This document shows, piece after piece, positions 43,241 through 57,857 of a stretch of DNA of 64,000 bases; position 1 is the first letter of the stretch, and each line of letters opens with the position of its first letter. The translations under genes were made by a program, and so were the position numbers. The stretch comes from Paraspadella gotoi (Eukaryota > Animalia > Chaetognatha): the NCBI GenBank assembly GCA_051294375.1, contig CM119265.1, forward strand, positions 14,546,963-14,610,962. The letters are read 5' to 3'. The notes beneath the pieces were generated by a model that saw only the letters and a list, made by a program, of their open reading frames with translations, searched no databases and was not told the DNA's origin.

Positions 43241-43508
43241 GGGGTAAATCTTGTTTTTTAAAAATTGTCGTTGGGAGAAAAGGTTTTTTTTTCTGTTTTG
43301 ATGTTGGATTAAAAGCCGCCTCTCTCTGGCGTGGATGATGATGGCGACGACGACGACGACGACGACTACGATGAGGAGCGAAACAAGTTATAAATGGAGA
43401 CCTCCTTTTTTTTTGGTTAGAGTTTGTTTTTTTCGTGAAATTTTTGCGTGTTTTCTATCTTTTCAGCAGAAAACTAAAAAATATTTTTGTCTGTGAAGAA
43501 AAAGCAAA

Positions 43509-43547
<39 letters not shown>

Positions 43548-43648
43548 CTAGACATATTCTCCTCTCCCTTTTCCAGCAGCTGCGATTCACGCGCTGCCAT
43601 CACGTCGCGCGCTGTGTGCAAACGCACGAAAAAACGCACGCGAACATA
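43241..43648 (+). repeat. Further direct copy of 33277-33758 (also about 31629-32097)
   Basis: ggggtaaatcttgttttttaaaaattgtcgttggg...gaacatat, then new sequence follows. Confidence 0.9.
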
Positions 43649-44611
43649 TGTATTCTGTCACCATGACGGNNNNNNNNNNNNNNNNNNNNNNNNNNNNNNN
43701 NNNNNNNNNNNNNNNNNNNNNNNNNNNNNNNNNNNNNNNNNNNNNNNNNNNNNNNNNNNNNNNNNNNNNNNNNNNNNNNNNNNNNNNNNNNNNNNNNNNN
43801 NNNNNNNNNNNNNNNNNNNNNNNNNNNNNNNNNNNNNNNNNNNNNNNNNNNNNNNNNNNNNNNNNNNNNNNNNNNNNNNNNNNNNNNNNNNNNNNNNNNN
43901 NNNNNNNNNNNNNNNNNNNNNNNNNNNNNNNNNNNNNNNNNNNNNNNNNNNNNNNNNNNNNNNNNNNNNNNNNNNNNNNNNNNNNNNNNNNNNNNNNNNN
44001 NNNNNNNNNNNNNNNNNNNNNNNNNNNNNNNNNNNNNNNNNNNNNNNNNNNNNNNNNNNNNNNNNNNNNNNNNNNNNNNNNNNNNNNNNNNNNNNNNNNN
44101 NNNNNNNNNNNNNNNNNNNNNNNNNNNNNNNNNNNNNNNNNNNNNNNNNNNNNNNNNNNNNNNNNNNNNNNNNNNNNNNNNNNNNNNNNNNNNNNNNNNN
44201 NNNNNNNNNNNNNNNNNNNNNNNNNNNNNNNNNNNNNNNNNNNNNNNNNNNNNNNNNNNNNNNNNNNNNNNNNNNNNNNNNNNNNNNNNNNNNNNNNNNN
44301 NNNNNNNNNNNNNNNNNNNNNNNNNNNNNNNNNNNNNNNNNNNNNNNNNNNNNNNNNNNNNNNNNNNNNNNNNNNNNNNNNNNNGATTGACAAGAGAGGA
44401 GTTGATGTTGGCTGAATTCCAGACCATGGAATCTTGATTGGACGGATACAAAGACTGGTTGGATGGAAACGCATTTTGATCGGACGAAGAAGAATCTTGG
44501 TTGGAGGAATCGGAAGCGTTTGCCAAGGACGAAGGAAGAATATTGTTTCGAAGTAAAAAAGAAAAGACAGCGGGAAAGATAGTGAAAGAAAGAAAAAGAA
44601 AGAAGGAAATA

Positions 44612-44695
<84 letters not shown>

Positions 44696-44706
44696 AAAAA
44701 AATTGA

Positions 44707-44738
<32 letters not shown>

Positions 44739-47246
44739 GAGAAAGAAAGAAAGAAAGAAAAAGAATTAAAGAAGGGAGGGGATCATGAAATCGCATTTTT
44801 TCAGTTGAACTCCTCCCTGGCGTTAGGGAGAAACTCGAGAATGATGAAAGGAGGAGGAGGAGGAGGAGGGGGAGGATGAGAGAGTGGAAGAAGTTGAGGA
44901 GTTGGGAGATAACGGGGAAGTGAGATGGAGACATTTGCGAGAAGAGAGAAAATAATGGAGAGAAACAGCGATGCGTAGAGAAGTCGCCATCGAAGAGAGA
45001 AAGGTTAGACGGAGAGCGATGACTATTTGAAAGAAAAAGCGGTGGGAGGAAGAGAGAGAAAGGACCGAGTGAAAATAGAAAATGAAATGGAAAAAAAGAG
45101 ATAGGAAAGCAAGTAAGAGAGGAGAAAGACAAGTTGGGGGGGGGGGAAATTGTTGTCCCGAGTCGATCGAATGGAAAAAATCTTCGCCGACCGCATCTCG
45201 CCTCTTCTTTTCTCTTCGCTTCTCTTCCATTCCTATCTTCTCTTCTCTTCTTTACTTCTCTTTCTCAATCTCTACTTATCTGTTCTTCTCTTTTCATTTT
45301 TACAGGAGAAAGTTTTTCAAAACTATGTTTTACGACAAATGAAAAATGTCGCAGGCGGGAAAAGATGGAGAACATTGTTAGAGACATACGACATATGACA
45401 TAGATCCAAACCGAGTCCGAACAAGCCCTCGTACAACGAAAGAACCGACCACGTTCTTACGATGAGATCTTGCGAGGCGCGGCCTGGCGGGAGGAGGGGG
45501 GGGGCGTTGGAAGAAGGAGGGAATCAGAGATTCAATCTTAATTACGTTAATCGCGTTTTCCGCTTCTTAATGCAAAACATCGGAGAGAGAATGAGGAATG
45601 AGTTCCAGATCGATCAGCGGAAGAGGCGAACTTCTCGGGAAAGGAAAAATACTCATGGAATAGAGAGAGAGAGAGAGGAGAGAGACAGCCAGAGAGAGAG
45701 AGAGAGAGAGAGATGAGAGAGAGAGACGAGAGAGAAGAGAGAGAGAGGAAAGAGAGGAGAGGAGACGAGGGAAGAGAGAGAAGAGAGGAGATAGAAGAGG
45801 AGAGACGAGAGAGAGTCGGTGAAAATTTGAATATTTTGTCTGACCACGTGGATCGGCGGAAACACGCAAACCGAACCTAACCGCAGTGGCATCCAATTGT
45901 TTGTAGCAGTCGTTCAGAAGTCTTTCCGCATTATCTCGACTAGAAATCGGCTTATGCTGTCGCATGCTCAGTTGTTATTCTATTATATTGTTTTCCGAGG
46001 CAACTGCCATCTACAGTTCTCATCATGCTACTGCTCTTCTCTCTACTCGTCATCNNNNNNNNNNNNNNNNNNNNNNNNNNNNNNNNNNNNNNNNNNNNNN
46101 NNNNNAAATTGTGCCGTCTCTCTATCTTCGGTTTTGAGTGGACGCCCGAGAAAAAATAATAAGGAATTAGGACGAACTAAGGAAAGGGAATTTTCCATAT
46201 TTTCATTTTATTTTTATTTTTTTATTTTCTCACGGAAATTTTTCTTTTAGCCAAAAATTATCGTTTTTAAATTCTGTTCGTCGATTTGGTTCCGTTTTTT
46301 TTTCATTACTAATATTCTTAAACAATCGATTAAAACGAAACCTTCATTTACTCTTGTTTCTTTTCTATTTCTCTTTCGCTCGTTTATCTTTCCTCTTATT
46401 TTTTGTTGCACCGAGTGTCGTTTTGTTTGCGACGAAGTCTCGTCTCGTCTTTCGGCACGAGTAGCCATCGAGCGGCGAGCGGAGAAACTACGCGGCAAAA
46501 CCGACTCCGCGCAAACATGTGCTCTCTTCTGTTGCCATTCACGNNNNNNNNNNNNNNNNNNNNNNNNNNNNNNNNNNNNNNNNNNNNNNNNNNNNNNNNN
46601 NNNNNNNNNNNNNNNNNNNNNNNNNNNNNNNNNNNNNNNNNNNNNNNNNNNNNNNNNNNNNNNNNNNNNNNNNNNNNNNNNNNNNGAGAGAGAGATTGAA
46701 TGGGAATTGCAGTGGCTTAGGACGGTGGATGGAAAAGAAAAAGGAATGAGGGTTGTGGTAAAATCGAAGAGAGCGGGAAAAACCACAATAAAAAGGAATA
46801 AAGGATAAAAAAAAAGGGAAAAAAAGTCGGACTCATACATAGTTAAGTTGCAGAAGGAGAAAATCCTTGTTTAGTCTTCGTTGGTGCTAAGTGTTTTTCA
46901 GTCTTTGTTTCTCCCTCTTTTCTTTCTATTTCTTTCTTCTCTTTCCAATTAGCATTTCACAGTTTTTTTTCCTCGTTTTCTTTTACTCGTTTAAGTTTTG
47001 GTTTCTTTGTTTTCTCTCTCTCTCTCTCTCTCNNNNNNNNNNNNNNNNNNNNNNNNNNNNNNNNNNNNNNNNNNNNNNNNNNNNNNNNNNNNNNNNNNNN
47101 NNNNNNNNNNNNNNNNNNNNNNNNNNNNNNNNNNNNNNNNNNNNNNNNNNNNNNNNNNNNNNNNNNNNNNNNNNNNNNNNNNNNNNNNNNNNNNNNNNNN
47201 NNNNNNNNNNNNNNNNNNNNNNNNNNNNNNNNNNNNNNNNNNNNNN

Positions 47247-47282
47247 CGATCGTCTCTGGTTTCCTCGCGTGGCTACAATGAG
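47247..47282 (+). other. Possible upstream exon end (ATG AG|GTAAGT), perhaps a start exon of the 54-58 kb gene
   Basis: Perfect consensus donor AG|GTAAGT directly after acaATG; the 5' part is lost in an N gap. Confidence 0.25.
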
Positions 47283-47657
47283 GTAAGTAATCCGATGGTA
47301 AGGAATCCGCAACTGGATCGGTTCCACTGGCGAATCGGGCTGGACTGAGGCGAACCCCCACCGCGGTGATCGGTGATCGACTGAAAAGAGCAATCGGGGT
47401 GGCGTGACAGATTGCCGTGATCAATAAGTGTGAACCATTGGAGACAGAAATGAACGACTTTTATTTATTTAAGATGACCAGAGTTTCACGCCACCACCGT
47501 AGTGTCACACAGTGAAACAAAAAGTCACACAATCACCAACTCAGACGCTGTGACTCACGGGAGGACCGCCCTCTAATGTGGCGCCATTGTGAAGAACTTA
47601 AGAAAGGAAAGTAGGGCAAAGTGAGAAAAATGGAAAAGGTAAGGAATGAAATATAAA

Positions 47658-47748
<91 letters not shown>

Positions 47749-48795
47749 ATCCTTCTAAGCAAAGGCGAAGTTGTGCTTCTGTCGACGTCAACCGAAAATC
47801 ACTGAAAGATTTTGAAAAACGAGTCACGTGTCACCGAAAAGAATCGAGGTCGACCCGATCCATTTTCAATTTTCCATTTTCCATTTTTACTTGTTGGTTG
47901 ATCCACTTTACTTTTCCATGCATCATGTCACGGTGGTGACAAAAAAAATTTGCTTGTCACGGGTCCATTTACCTTTTTTGGTGGATTTGATTGTTATACA
48001 TCTTCAAGTCCTTTGTTTATTGTTCAGAGCTCAAAGACTGTCTCCATTTATTTTCTTTTATTCTTCCTTACTTTCCTTCTTCCTTCCTGCCTTCTTTCCT
48101 TTTTTTATTTAGTGCTGTTAACTTCCTTCCTCTAGTGTAAAACATGAGTAACGGTTTTAAGATGAATAAAGTATATATCAGGTTTTTAAAAAAAGAAATC
48201 TTCTATAAAACTTTTCATCTTTATTAAATCATAATTAATAAATAATTCCAAGAAGCAGGATTATTTCCCGACTTCAATTGTCTTTCTGATTCGCCACGAT
48301 GTGTGGCCTCANNNNNNNNNNNNNNNNNNNNNNNNNNNNNNNNNNNNNNNNNNNNNNNNNNNNNNNNNNNNNNNNNNNNNNNNNNNNNNNNNNNNNNNNN
48401 NNNNNNNNNNNNNNNNNNNNNNNNNNNNNNNNNNNNNNNNNNNNNNNNNNNNNNNNNNNNNNNNNNNNNNNNNNNNNNNNNNNNNNNNNNNNNNNNNNNN
48501 NNNNNNNNNNNNNNNNNNNNNNNNNNNNNNNNNNNNNNNNNNNNNNNNNNNNNNNNNNNNNNNNNNNNNNNNNNNNNNNNNNNNNNNNNNNNNNNNNNNN
48601 NNGAGAGAGAGATAGAGAGAGAGAGTGTTGGTCAAGGACCGTGAGTCTTGTGACTTTTCACGGAGCGAGACTCGACTTCCGGGCCGACAAACGTGGCGTC
48701 GATGGACCCTTGAGAAAGACAGAGAGGGAGACGAAAAGCGGCTGAGAGCGAGTCAAGTCGAAACAAAGCCGAGTTTGGAGAGAGTGAGAGTGGGC

Positions 48796-48830
<35 letters not shown>

Positions 48831-49981
48831 GGATAAAAGTGAGAGTTTCCTTCCTGCGTCGATTTATTAAAAGCTGATTTCTGCTCTTTTCTTCCGCTTC
48901 GATATTTTGTTCTTTCGTTCATCTCGAAAAATCGATCGTCCAAATGTTTTAATCCTTACTTTCGTTGTCATCGTCTTCGTAATACATTTTCAATCGGGCC
49001 CCGTTAATCTCATCCCGCATATCGATATTTCCTCTCGGGGCTCCAGGCGCCTCACTCTCTCTCTCACTCTCTCGTCGGTGTCTGGGTCCTTATTCTCGTC
49101 TTAGTCTCTGTCTTTGTGACACTTGACCAAATCACTCGCCTCTTCCTCTTCTTGCTTTACTTCCTTCTCCTCTTCTTCCTCCTCCTCCTCCTCCTCCTCC
49201 TCCTGTTTCCCACGCCGTATCGAGCCGTGACTCTGGTTATGATGATGACGACGATGATGACGATGATAAGGATTATGATGATTGTGATAATGATCGCCCG
49301 ATAATCGTGGACATAAAGTCGCGGTTCCGAAAGGAAAAAGAAACTGACCTTAAAATCGTTGTCGAAATTTGTGACTCATGCTTGATGGCATCGCTTTTTG
49401 ACGGACGGGCAAAAAAAAAAAAAAAAAGAAAAAAAAAGAGGGATTTTTTGCGTCGTTTTGACGCTCGGCTGACTTGTTGATAGAATTGACGTTAGTTCCT
49501 CTACACTTTTAAAAACTTAAAAAACCTCGAAATACTAACACCACTAAGTTCTCTTAAAATCAGTAAAATAGTTATAAAATATTTATAAAATTACCCACCG
49601 TTCGTCCAAAACTCCAGAACCAAGTTCAAAATTGAAAAAGGAACTTCATGAGATTCGGTTTAATTAAGTAAAAAAAAATTAGAGGCCGACCGGTTTTTTT
49701 TTCTTTTCTTGAGAATAGAAGAGAGAGGAAATTGTTTTAGAAAATCCTTTACTTCTAGGCCATTGACTTGGAGTGGCGCTCTCCATTCACGTCTCCGTCC
49801 AGGCGACTCAAAATCTCAACAACGCCCCCTTTTCGATCTCAGAGGGAGAGAGAGCAGTTCGGCGGGAAGGAGTGGCCGAATTCTCGGTTTTAATTTTCAA
49901 GTCGGGTTTGAGTAAAATAACAAGTTAACGGTTTAGAAATAAAAAATATGAATGCCAACTATTGCGAAAGCGCGTGAAGGC

Positions 49982-50062
<81 letters not shown>

Positions 50063-50481
50063 GCTCCCGTTTTTGCTTGACTCCACGCTCGATCGGGGCC
50101 CTGCTCATTTTCATTGCGTTTAATTTTCCGTGTTTAATTCTGAAGTCTTCGGAACGAAAGTTGAAAAGTTTATGAAGTTTATGAACGATGATGGACCTTG
50201 TTTATTTAATCATTAATCATTAATAATTCCATTTTATTCAACGCCTTTTTTCGATGTGCATCGACGAAATTTTAAAAATGTGGATTGAACCGGACCTATG
50301 AAGTTAACCGATGATCGATTCGAATCGATTCGACTTTTCATAATAAATTTAATTACGATCGATTTAACTGATAACGGATCTTGAAAAAAAAACTTTTTTT
50401 TTCGTCCCAAAATATTTTTAGTCAAGGAAAAAGACTCTTGCCCTTTGCAACATAAACTCTTCTCCTTAATAAACTCTCTCT

Positions 50482-50530
<49 letters not shown>

Positions 50531-51682
50531 GGACTCGCGATGGACTCTCCCTCTGAGACGCCGGCGATAAAAACGTTGACATTTTGCCTTTAATCTCGGC
50601 GCTTCTATTTAAAAGGATGCCGGTCGTCGTCGTTGTCGTCGTCGTCGTCGTCCTCGCGTCTATTTAAAAGACGGCGACGTGACACTGACCCTAAAGCGTC
50701 ACCCCGAGGGAAGTCGAAACGTCGTTGTAGTTGTCGTCTTCGCCATCGTCGTCTTCGTCGTCGTTCCCCGACGTCGTCGTCCCTAGATGGCGCCGCTACA
50801 AAGTTTCGCCCTCGGCGTATTGCAAGCGTCGAAGGGGTGGGGGCGGGGGTGTAAAGAAAAGGATGAGTGTTAAGGGGTTAGAAGGGTGGACGTCGCCACC
50901 TTGTCGACTTTGTTAATCTCTCGATGCCTTACTTTAAATCCACCCGGAGCCTCCGACCCCACCCCCGCCTCGTCCCAAGGCCGTGACCTTGAATGAAGTT
51001 CCCTTCCTAATTTTCATTCTTAGCCAATGTGACCTGAGGGTCAGACTGACTTAATTTCAAAAAAGCTCTCCCCTTATTTTATAATCCCTTTTTTGATAGA
51101 AAGTCATTTTTTAAATCTTTAAGGCACTTTTGAGACATTTCATCTTGTTCAGTTTCTGAGTTTGTGAAGAAAAAAAATAGCTTGGTTTCAACAACGNNNN
51201 NNNNNNAAAGAAAATAGCTTGGTTTCAACAACGGTGCGACAACGAAAATCGGGGGAATTGATAACATCTGACTGAAACTCCTACCCACTGGTCACATCCG
51301 GGATGCCCAATACATTCCTTTTACATCCCTCGCCGGCCGGTCGTGGATTCACTCGAGTGACTTACGAACAAAATGGCAATGAAGAAAATTTCACGGACGA
51401 GAAGATTTGCGCGGAGGAGAAAAAAAAAAGAAGGAAAAAAGGAAAAGAAAAAGGAAAAAAAAGAAAAAGAAAAAATGAATAAAAGCGAAAAAAAGAGACT
51501 TTTTCGTTTTAAACATAATCGTCATCATTATCGTCAGTTTCGTCGTCGTCTTCGTCGGTGTCGTCGTCGTCGTCGTCGACATCATTATCATCATTATGAA
51601 CTACCGATGCTCACCATTTCTCGGGGATTGACCATCTGCTATCTTCCTACGCAATCATTCTTCTCGTTCTCTCTCTCTCTCT

Positions 51683-51716
<34 letters not shown>

Positions 51717-52498
51717 CTGTCTCTCTCCTCTTGCTCTTCTCTCTCTCTCTCTCGTCAGCCTTACCACAGTAATCCCTATCATCACATTGTTTCTAACCTT
51801 CGTTTATTCAGTGATTGATTCATTTATTTATTCAGTCAGCCATATTTATTTAATATTCACTGGTGCTGCTTAGGATTGTCAATTGTTTCACTTATTCTGC
51901 AAATGAATCTATATTATCAATTCTAAGCCCACGTCTTTTATAATTCTTAGAACTTAAAAAAAAANNNNNNNNNNNNNNNNNNNNNNNNNNNNNNNNNNNN
52001 NNNNNNNNNNNNNNNNNNNNAGCGGACGTTTTATAGCGATGAGGGTCGAGGAGTCGGGCAGAATGGAATTTCGGGCAGGAAACGAGGAGGGCAAGGTAAA
52101 GGGGCTGCCCGTTCGCGCCGGCCCGGGGTTCAAGGTTGGCGTGGGGGGGTCAGTAAATTTTTTTTTCCGAAGTGTTCGAGAAGGAGAATTAGCATAGGGG
52201 TCAACCTCTAATCACCTTCCTGCCATCATCCTCATCATCGCTAACATCGACCTTTCGTGTAAACTAATGTTTAAGGTTCACAATTTATCTCGAACGGTGA
52301 AACTGAAACATCGTCCAAACACTTTTTTCTAAAATAGACTAAATAAACAATCATTATCATATCGACAACATTGTCGTCGTCGTCATCTTCGTCGTTCCGG
52401 ATTCGACAGCAACCTCTTACTATTGTCAACTTCTAGTGTCAATTATGTTTTTTAATTCTCCTGGACGAATCAAATCAACCTTGTCATGAAGCGTGACG

Positions 52499-52532
<34 letters not shown>

Positions 52533-54231
52533 NNNNNNNNNNNNNNNNNNNNNNNNNNNNNNNNNNNNNNNNNNNNNNNNNNNNNNNNNNNNNNNNNNNN
52601 NNNNNNNNNNNNNNNNNNNNNNNNNNNNNNNNNNNNNNNNNNNNNNNNNNNNNNNNNNNNNNNNNNNNNNNNNNNNNNNNNNNNNNNNTTTACTTCTTCT
52701 TTTGAGGCTTTCGCCGACTTCTCGACAATCGACATCGTCTTCATTATCGTCGTCTTCGTTTTCGTCGTCGTTGTCGTCGCTGTCTTGGTCGCCAGAGTTT
52801 GCATTGCCTGCAATATCTTTGTTATAATCTTTCGCAGAACTGTTGAAGTTTTTACCGCTTTCTAAATTTTTTTCCCTTTCTTAATGAATAATTTTTAAAA
52901 CAAAAAAAAAANNNNNNNNNNNNNNNNNNNNNNNNNNNNNNNNNNNNNNNNNNNNNNNNNNNNNNNNNNNNNNNNNNNNNNNNNNNNNNNNNNNNNNNNN
53001 NNNNNNNNNNNNNNNNNNNNNNNNNNNNNNNNNNNNNNNNNNNNNNNNNNNNNNNNNNNNNNNNNNNNNNNNNNNNNNNNNNNNNNNNNNNNNNNNNNNN
53101 NNNNNNNNNNNNNNNNNNNNNNNNNNNNNNNNNNNNNNNNNNNNNNNNNNNNNNNNNNNNNNNNNNNNNNNNNNNNNNNNNNNNNNNNNNNNNNNNNNNN
53201 NNNNNNNNNNNNNNNNNNNNNNNNNNNNNNNNNNNNNNNNNNNNNNNNNNNNNNNNNNNNNNNNNNNNNNNNNNNNNNNNNNNNNNNNNNNNNNNNNNNN
53301 NNNNNNNNNNNNNNNNNNNNNNNNNNNNNNNNNNNNNNNNNNNNNNNNNNNNNNNNNNNNNNNNNNNNNNNNNNNNNNNNNNNNNNNNNNNNNNNNNNNN
53401 NNNNNNNNNNNNNNNNNNNNNNNNNNNNNNNNNNNNNNNNNNNNNNNNNNNNNNNNNNNNNNNNNNNNNNNNNNNNNNNNNNNNNNNNNNNNNNNNNNNN
53501 NNNNNNNNNNNNNNNNNNNNNNNNNNNNNNNNNNNNNNNNNNNNNNNNNNNNNNNNNNNNNNNNNNNNNNNNNNNNNNNNNNNNNNNNNNNNNNNNNNNN
53601 NNNNNNNNNNNNNNNNNNNNNNNNNNNNNNNNNNNNNNNNNNNNNNNNNNNNNNNNNNNNNNNNNNNNNNNNNNNNNNNNNNNNNNNNNNNNNNNTTTTT
53701 TTTTAGGTTCATCGTCGATCATTTCGCCGCCGGCCTTCCTTCTCCTTCTTCCCGTCATCCTTCCTCGCCATCTTCCTCCACTTTCCTCTTCCTCTTCATC
53801 TTCTTTCCTCCTCGTCTTCTTCTTTCGTCTCCCACCTCAATTCCTCTCGAACCCGGGGAAAATCGATGACTCGCTAAAACTTCCCGATTGGTCCGTTTTC
53901 ATCAACTCGTTCGCTGATTGGACGAATTTGAACGATATTCCCGCGGTTCGACGGAAATCCCCCCAGTTCGATGACTTCAAAAANNNNNNNNNNNNNNNNN
54001 NNNNNNNNNNNNNNNNNNNNNNNNNNNNNNNNNNNNNNNNNNNNNNNNNNNNNNNNNNNNNNNNNNNNNNNNNNNNNNNNNNNNNNNNNNNNNNNNNNNN
54101 NNNNNNNNNNNNNNNNNNNNNNNNNNNNNNNNNNNNNNNNNNNNNNNNNNNNNNNNNNNNNNNNNNNNNNNNNNNNNNNNNNNNNNNNNNNNNNNNNNNN
54201 NNNNNNNNNNNNNNNNNNNNNNNNNNNNNNN

Positions 54232-54407
54232 CCAGCCGGCGCGACGAACCCGTACATCTCCCCTTCCTCCGCCCACGCCCCCCACCACAGCCACCACTCG
54301 CACCACCACAACAGCACCGCGGCGGCTGCCGCCTCCATCCTCTCCGCAGCGCAGCAGCACTCGGCCGCCGCCGCGCAGTCCGCCGCGGCGCTCAACGCTC
54401 ATCACAG
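54232..54407 (+). CDS. Coding exon (5' edge at an N gap) of a His/Ala-rich, transcription-factor-like protein
   Basis: GC-rich open frame PAGATNPYISPSSAHAPHHSHHSHHHNSTAAAAASILSAAQQHSAAAAQSAAALNAHH; donor CAG|GTGAGG, phase 2. Confidence 0.75.
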
Positions 54408-55148
54408 GTGAGGACCTCGAGGGTTTTGGGTTTTGCGAGGTTGACGAAAAAGGTGAGGATAAATTTGGAAAGCTTCACATGCCTAGATGTTGCGAAATCC
54501 TACTTGATGGTGAACATTAAGTTCTTTAAAACTATTTTTTTGTTAAAGGGTAAAGAAAATTAAAAAAAATTATTAGGTTTCATTTACGGACGGTATAGGT
54601 AATAATTTAGGCTTAACCGATGTTAGAATATTATCGGTAACGTTAGTTACTTCGACAGTAATTAAAATTAAAATTTGCCCATTTCATTTCTCCGATTCCA
54701 TGTCATCGGCACAATATTAAAAAAAGATAATTTACTAGGGAATAACTAAGTAAATGAATTGAAAGAATATGAGATCTTTATCTGCGGATCAAGAGAGAAA
54801 AAAAAATAGGAGATTCTCCTAGAAAAATCAGAATCCGATTAAAAATGAGGATCACGAGGAAAAAGGAAGATAAGGAAGAGGAAGGAGGAAGAAGAGGATG
54901 AGGAGGAGGAGGTACCAAGCTGTTCCGGGGAATTCATCGGGGTTCTTTTTTTTGTTTTCCTTTTTCCTCCGAGGAAACCTCCATCTTGTTCCTCCGTTTT
55001 CCTCCATCTTGTTTTTTAAAAACCCGTTTTCCTTTTTTTTCCCTCTCTCTTCGCCACGCCCTTCTTTTTCTCCGTCGCTCTTCCTTCCTTCCTTCCTCGA
55101 TTCTTTCCTTCTTTTCTCTTTCTCAAACCTTTTCTTCCCTCTCTCCAG

Positions 55149-55327
55149 TCACCCGAGCCAAGTGGGCGCGGGACTTGGGTCCACCACGGCGCCCCCCGCG
55201 GCACTCGCCTCCCCCTCGGCAGCGGCATCAGCAGCGGCAGCAGCTGTAAGCGCCATCACAGCAGCCGAGGAGGCAGCAGCAAGAAGCCTGCAGCACCATC
55301 GAAACCAAGTCACCATGCCTCATAAAG
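55149..55327 (+). CDS. Next exon of the His/Ala-rich protein
   Basis: Long pyrimidine tract then ctctccag|T, phase 2, matching the previous donor; (S)HPSQVGAGLGSTTAPPAALASPSAAASAAAAAVSAITAAEEAAARSLQHHRNQVTMPHK; donor AAG|GTAAGG, phase 1. Confidence 0.8.
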
Positions 55328-57268
55328 GTAAGGGGAGAAAAAAAAGCATTTTTGTACCCGTTGCCTCTCNNNNNNNNNNNNNNNNNNNNNNNNNNNNNNN
55401 NNNNNNNNNNNNNNNNNNNNNNNNNNNNNNNNNNNNNNNNNNNNNNNNNNNNNNNNNNNNNNNNNNNNNNNNNNNNNNNNNNNNNNNNNNNNNNNNNNNN
55501 NNNNNNNNNNNNNNNNNNNNNNNNNNNNNNCCTTTCGTCTAAAAGGTTGTCTAGAAGGGGCGTGCCCGGCAGTGAGGTTGTCAATGGGAGTCAATTCATG
55601 TGAACGAATGCTATATAATCGAGGGTTGGGTGAAGATCCGTCGTGAATCAACTCCGTAACTGAAGAAGCGTCTTTGTCGTCTTATTCACCGAGACAGAGC
55701 ACATTGTATCGAATCGACTGCATTCAATTGACTGAATTGAATTGTCAATATTGAATTGGTTGCTTTAAATTGACTGCATTGAATAAGCTGCGCTGAAATA
55801 TTTGCATTTTGCATTTTTGCGAATTATTTTGCGCTTCGTCTCCGGACGGTTTTAATCCTTCAAATTTTTCAACAAAAAAAAAAAAGAAACACGGGAATNN
55901 NNNNNNNNNNNNNNNNNNNNNNNNNNNNNNNNNNNNNNNNNNNNNNNNNNNNNNNNNNNNNNNNNNNNNNNNNNNNNNNNNNNNNNNNNNNNNNNNNNNN
56001 NNNNNNNNNNNNNNNNNNNNNNNNNNNNNNNNNNNNNNNNNNNNNNNNNNNNNNNNNNNNNNNNNNNNNNNNNNNNNNNNNNNNNNNNNNNNNNNNNNNN
56101 NNNNNNNNNNNNNNNNNNNNNNNNNNNNNNNNNNNNNNNNNNNNNNNNNNNNNNNNNNNNNNNNNNNNNNNNNNNNNNNNNNNNNNNNNNNNNNNNNNNN
56201 NNNNNNNNNNNNNNNNNNNNNNNNNNNNNNNNNNNNNNNNNNNNNNNNNNNNNNNNNNNTCTCTCTCTCCAAAAGACGCCCGAGGAACGAGATGACCGGC
56301 GATACCCCGAAGGCGTTGATCGATAAAGTAAAGAGTTGCGAAGCTTAAATAGTGCGATGGGCGACGCCACCTCGAGGCCGATCAAGGTGGCAGCCCTTTC
56401 GCCCCTTTCGCCTCTTTATAATCCATTTACGGCGACCCGCCCGATCGAGAGAGCGAGAGGGAGAGAGAAAGTCCATCAATCTCTGCCCTCCTACCCACTT
56501 TCCTCCTTTCTCTCTATCTATCTATCTCTCTCTCTCTAACCCTTTCTTCCAGCTCGTAACGGCTTGATTTACCGCGGGCCCTTTATAACTTTATGGAAAT
56601 CCTGTTTAGGGATAAATAAATTCGACTTTCCTCTTCCTTCCTCTTTCGTTTCCCACTTCCCCGCCGCCGACCTCTTCATCTCGACCGGCGTCTTTTACCC
56701 GCGCGGGTTTCTCGGGAGACGGACGGGCAAATAAGGGCAAAGCCGTGCGCGGGGGGGGGGGAAACGGGCAAAGCACAAATAAAACTGGAAAGAAATGACT
56801 GGCCGAAAAAAAATTGAGCAATTGGATTATTACGCGGGCATGAACGCTTGAAGACGGACGGGGACGGGCAAAGACACAGAAAAGTAGAGGCGGTTCCGAC
56901 GGGTAGTTTTATCATTGGCCCACTGAGCTGGGGCGGTCGGTGCTGATCTCGTTAAGGGAAAAATGGTCTTAAAAAAGGATCAAGAAAAAATGCCGGGCGG
57001 GATCAGGTTGTCATAGGAAAGGGGTATGGGATATATAACTGTGTCGTATAAAAACGGCATAAATTATGGTTTGGGATACATCGAGGTCCCATTTCTTTCC
57101 ACGTTATTTCTGGATAAAATTCAAGGCGCGATCGAAAACTCGGTTCGTCTCGTTCGGTGGAATCGCAATGAAGATCTCGAAAAGCTGATGAAAGATAAAC
57201 AATAGGGGCCCATCCATAACTGAATAAGGGCTGAACGAGCGGGGGCGAGGAACGAGCTAAACGAAACA

Positions 57269-57305
<37 letters not shown>

Positions 57306-57715
57306 NNNNNNNNNNNNNNNNNNNNNNNNNNNNNNNNNNNNNNNNNNNNNNNNNNNNNNNNNNNNNNNNNNNNNNNNNNNNNNNNNNNNNNNNGGGGGGG
57401 GGTTAAGGGAGGCCGCGGTAAAAATATGGGCTTCCGATTATAAGCTGCGAAGAGAGGAAGGAAAAGTCAGGGCCTCTCTCTCTCTCTCGCTCTGTCTCTC
57501 TCTCTTTCTCGCTCTGTCTCTCGTTCTCTCTCGCTCTTTCTCTCGGAGAGACGCAGGTAGAGGCACTCGCGAGGAGAGCGGGAAACGTACCGGATGGCAG
57601 CGGAGTTGGGAAGGGGCGGCGATGAGTGAATGCCGAAGTTGCCAAAGTCCAATGCCACCCCGAAGGTCGCCGGCGCGGGTTGCGTCTTCATTTATAATGC
57701 GCATGATGGAAGGGC

Positions 57716-57857
<142 letters not shown>

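Noticed and set aside
51171-51232. Direct repeat aaaatagcttggtttcaacaacg on both sides of a 10-N gap
   Set aside because: Unmerged contig overlap, not a target-site duplication.
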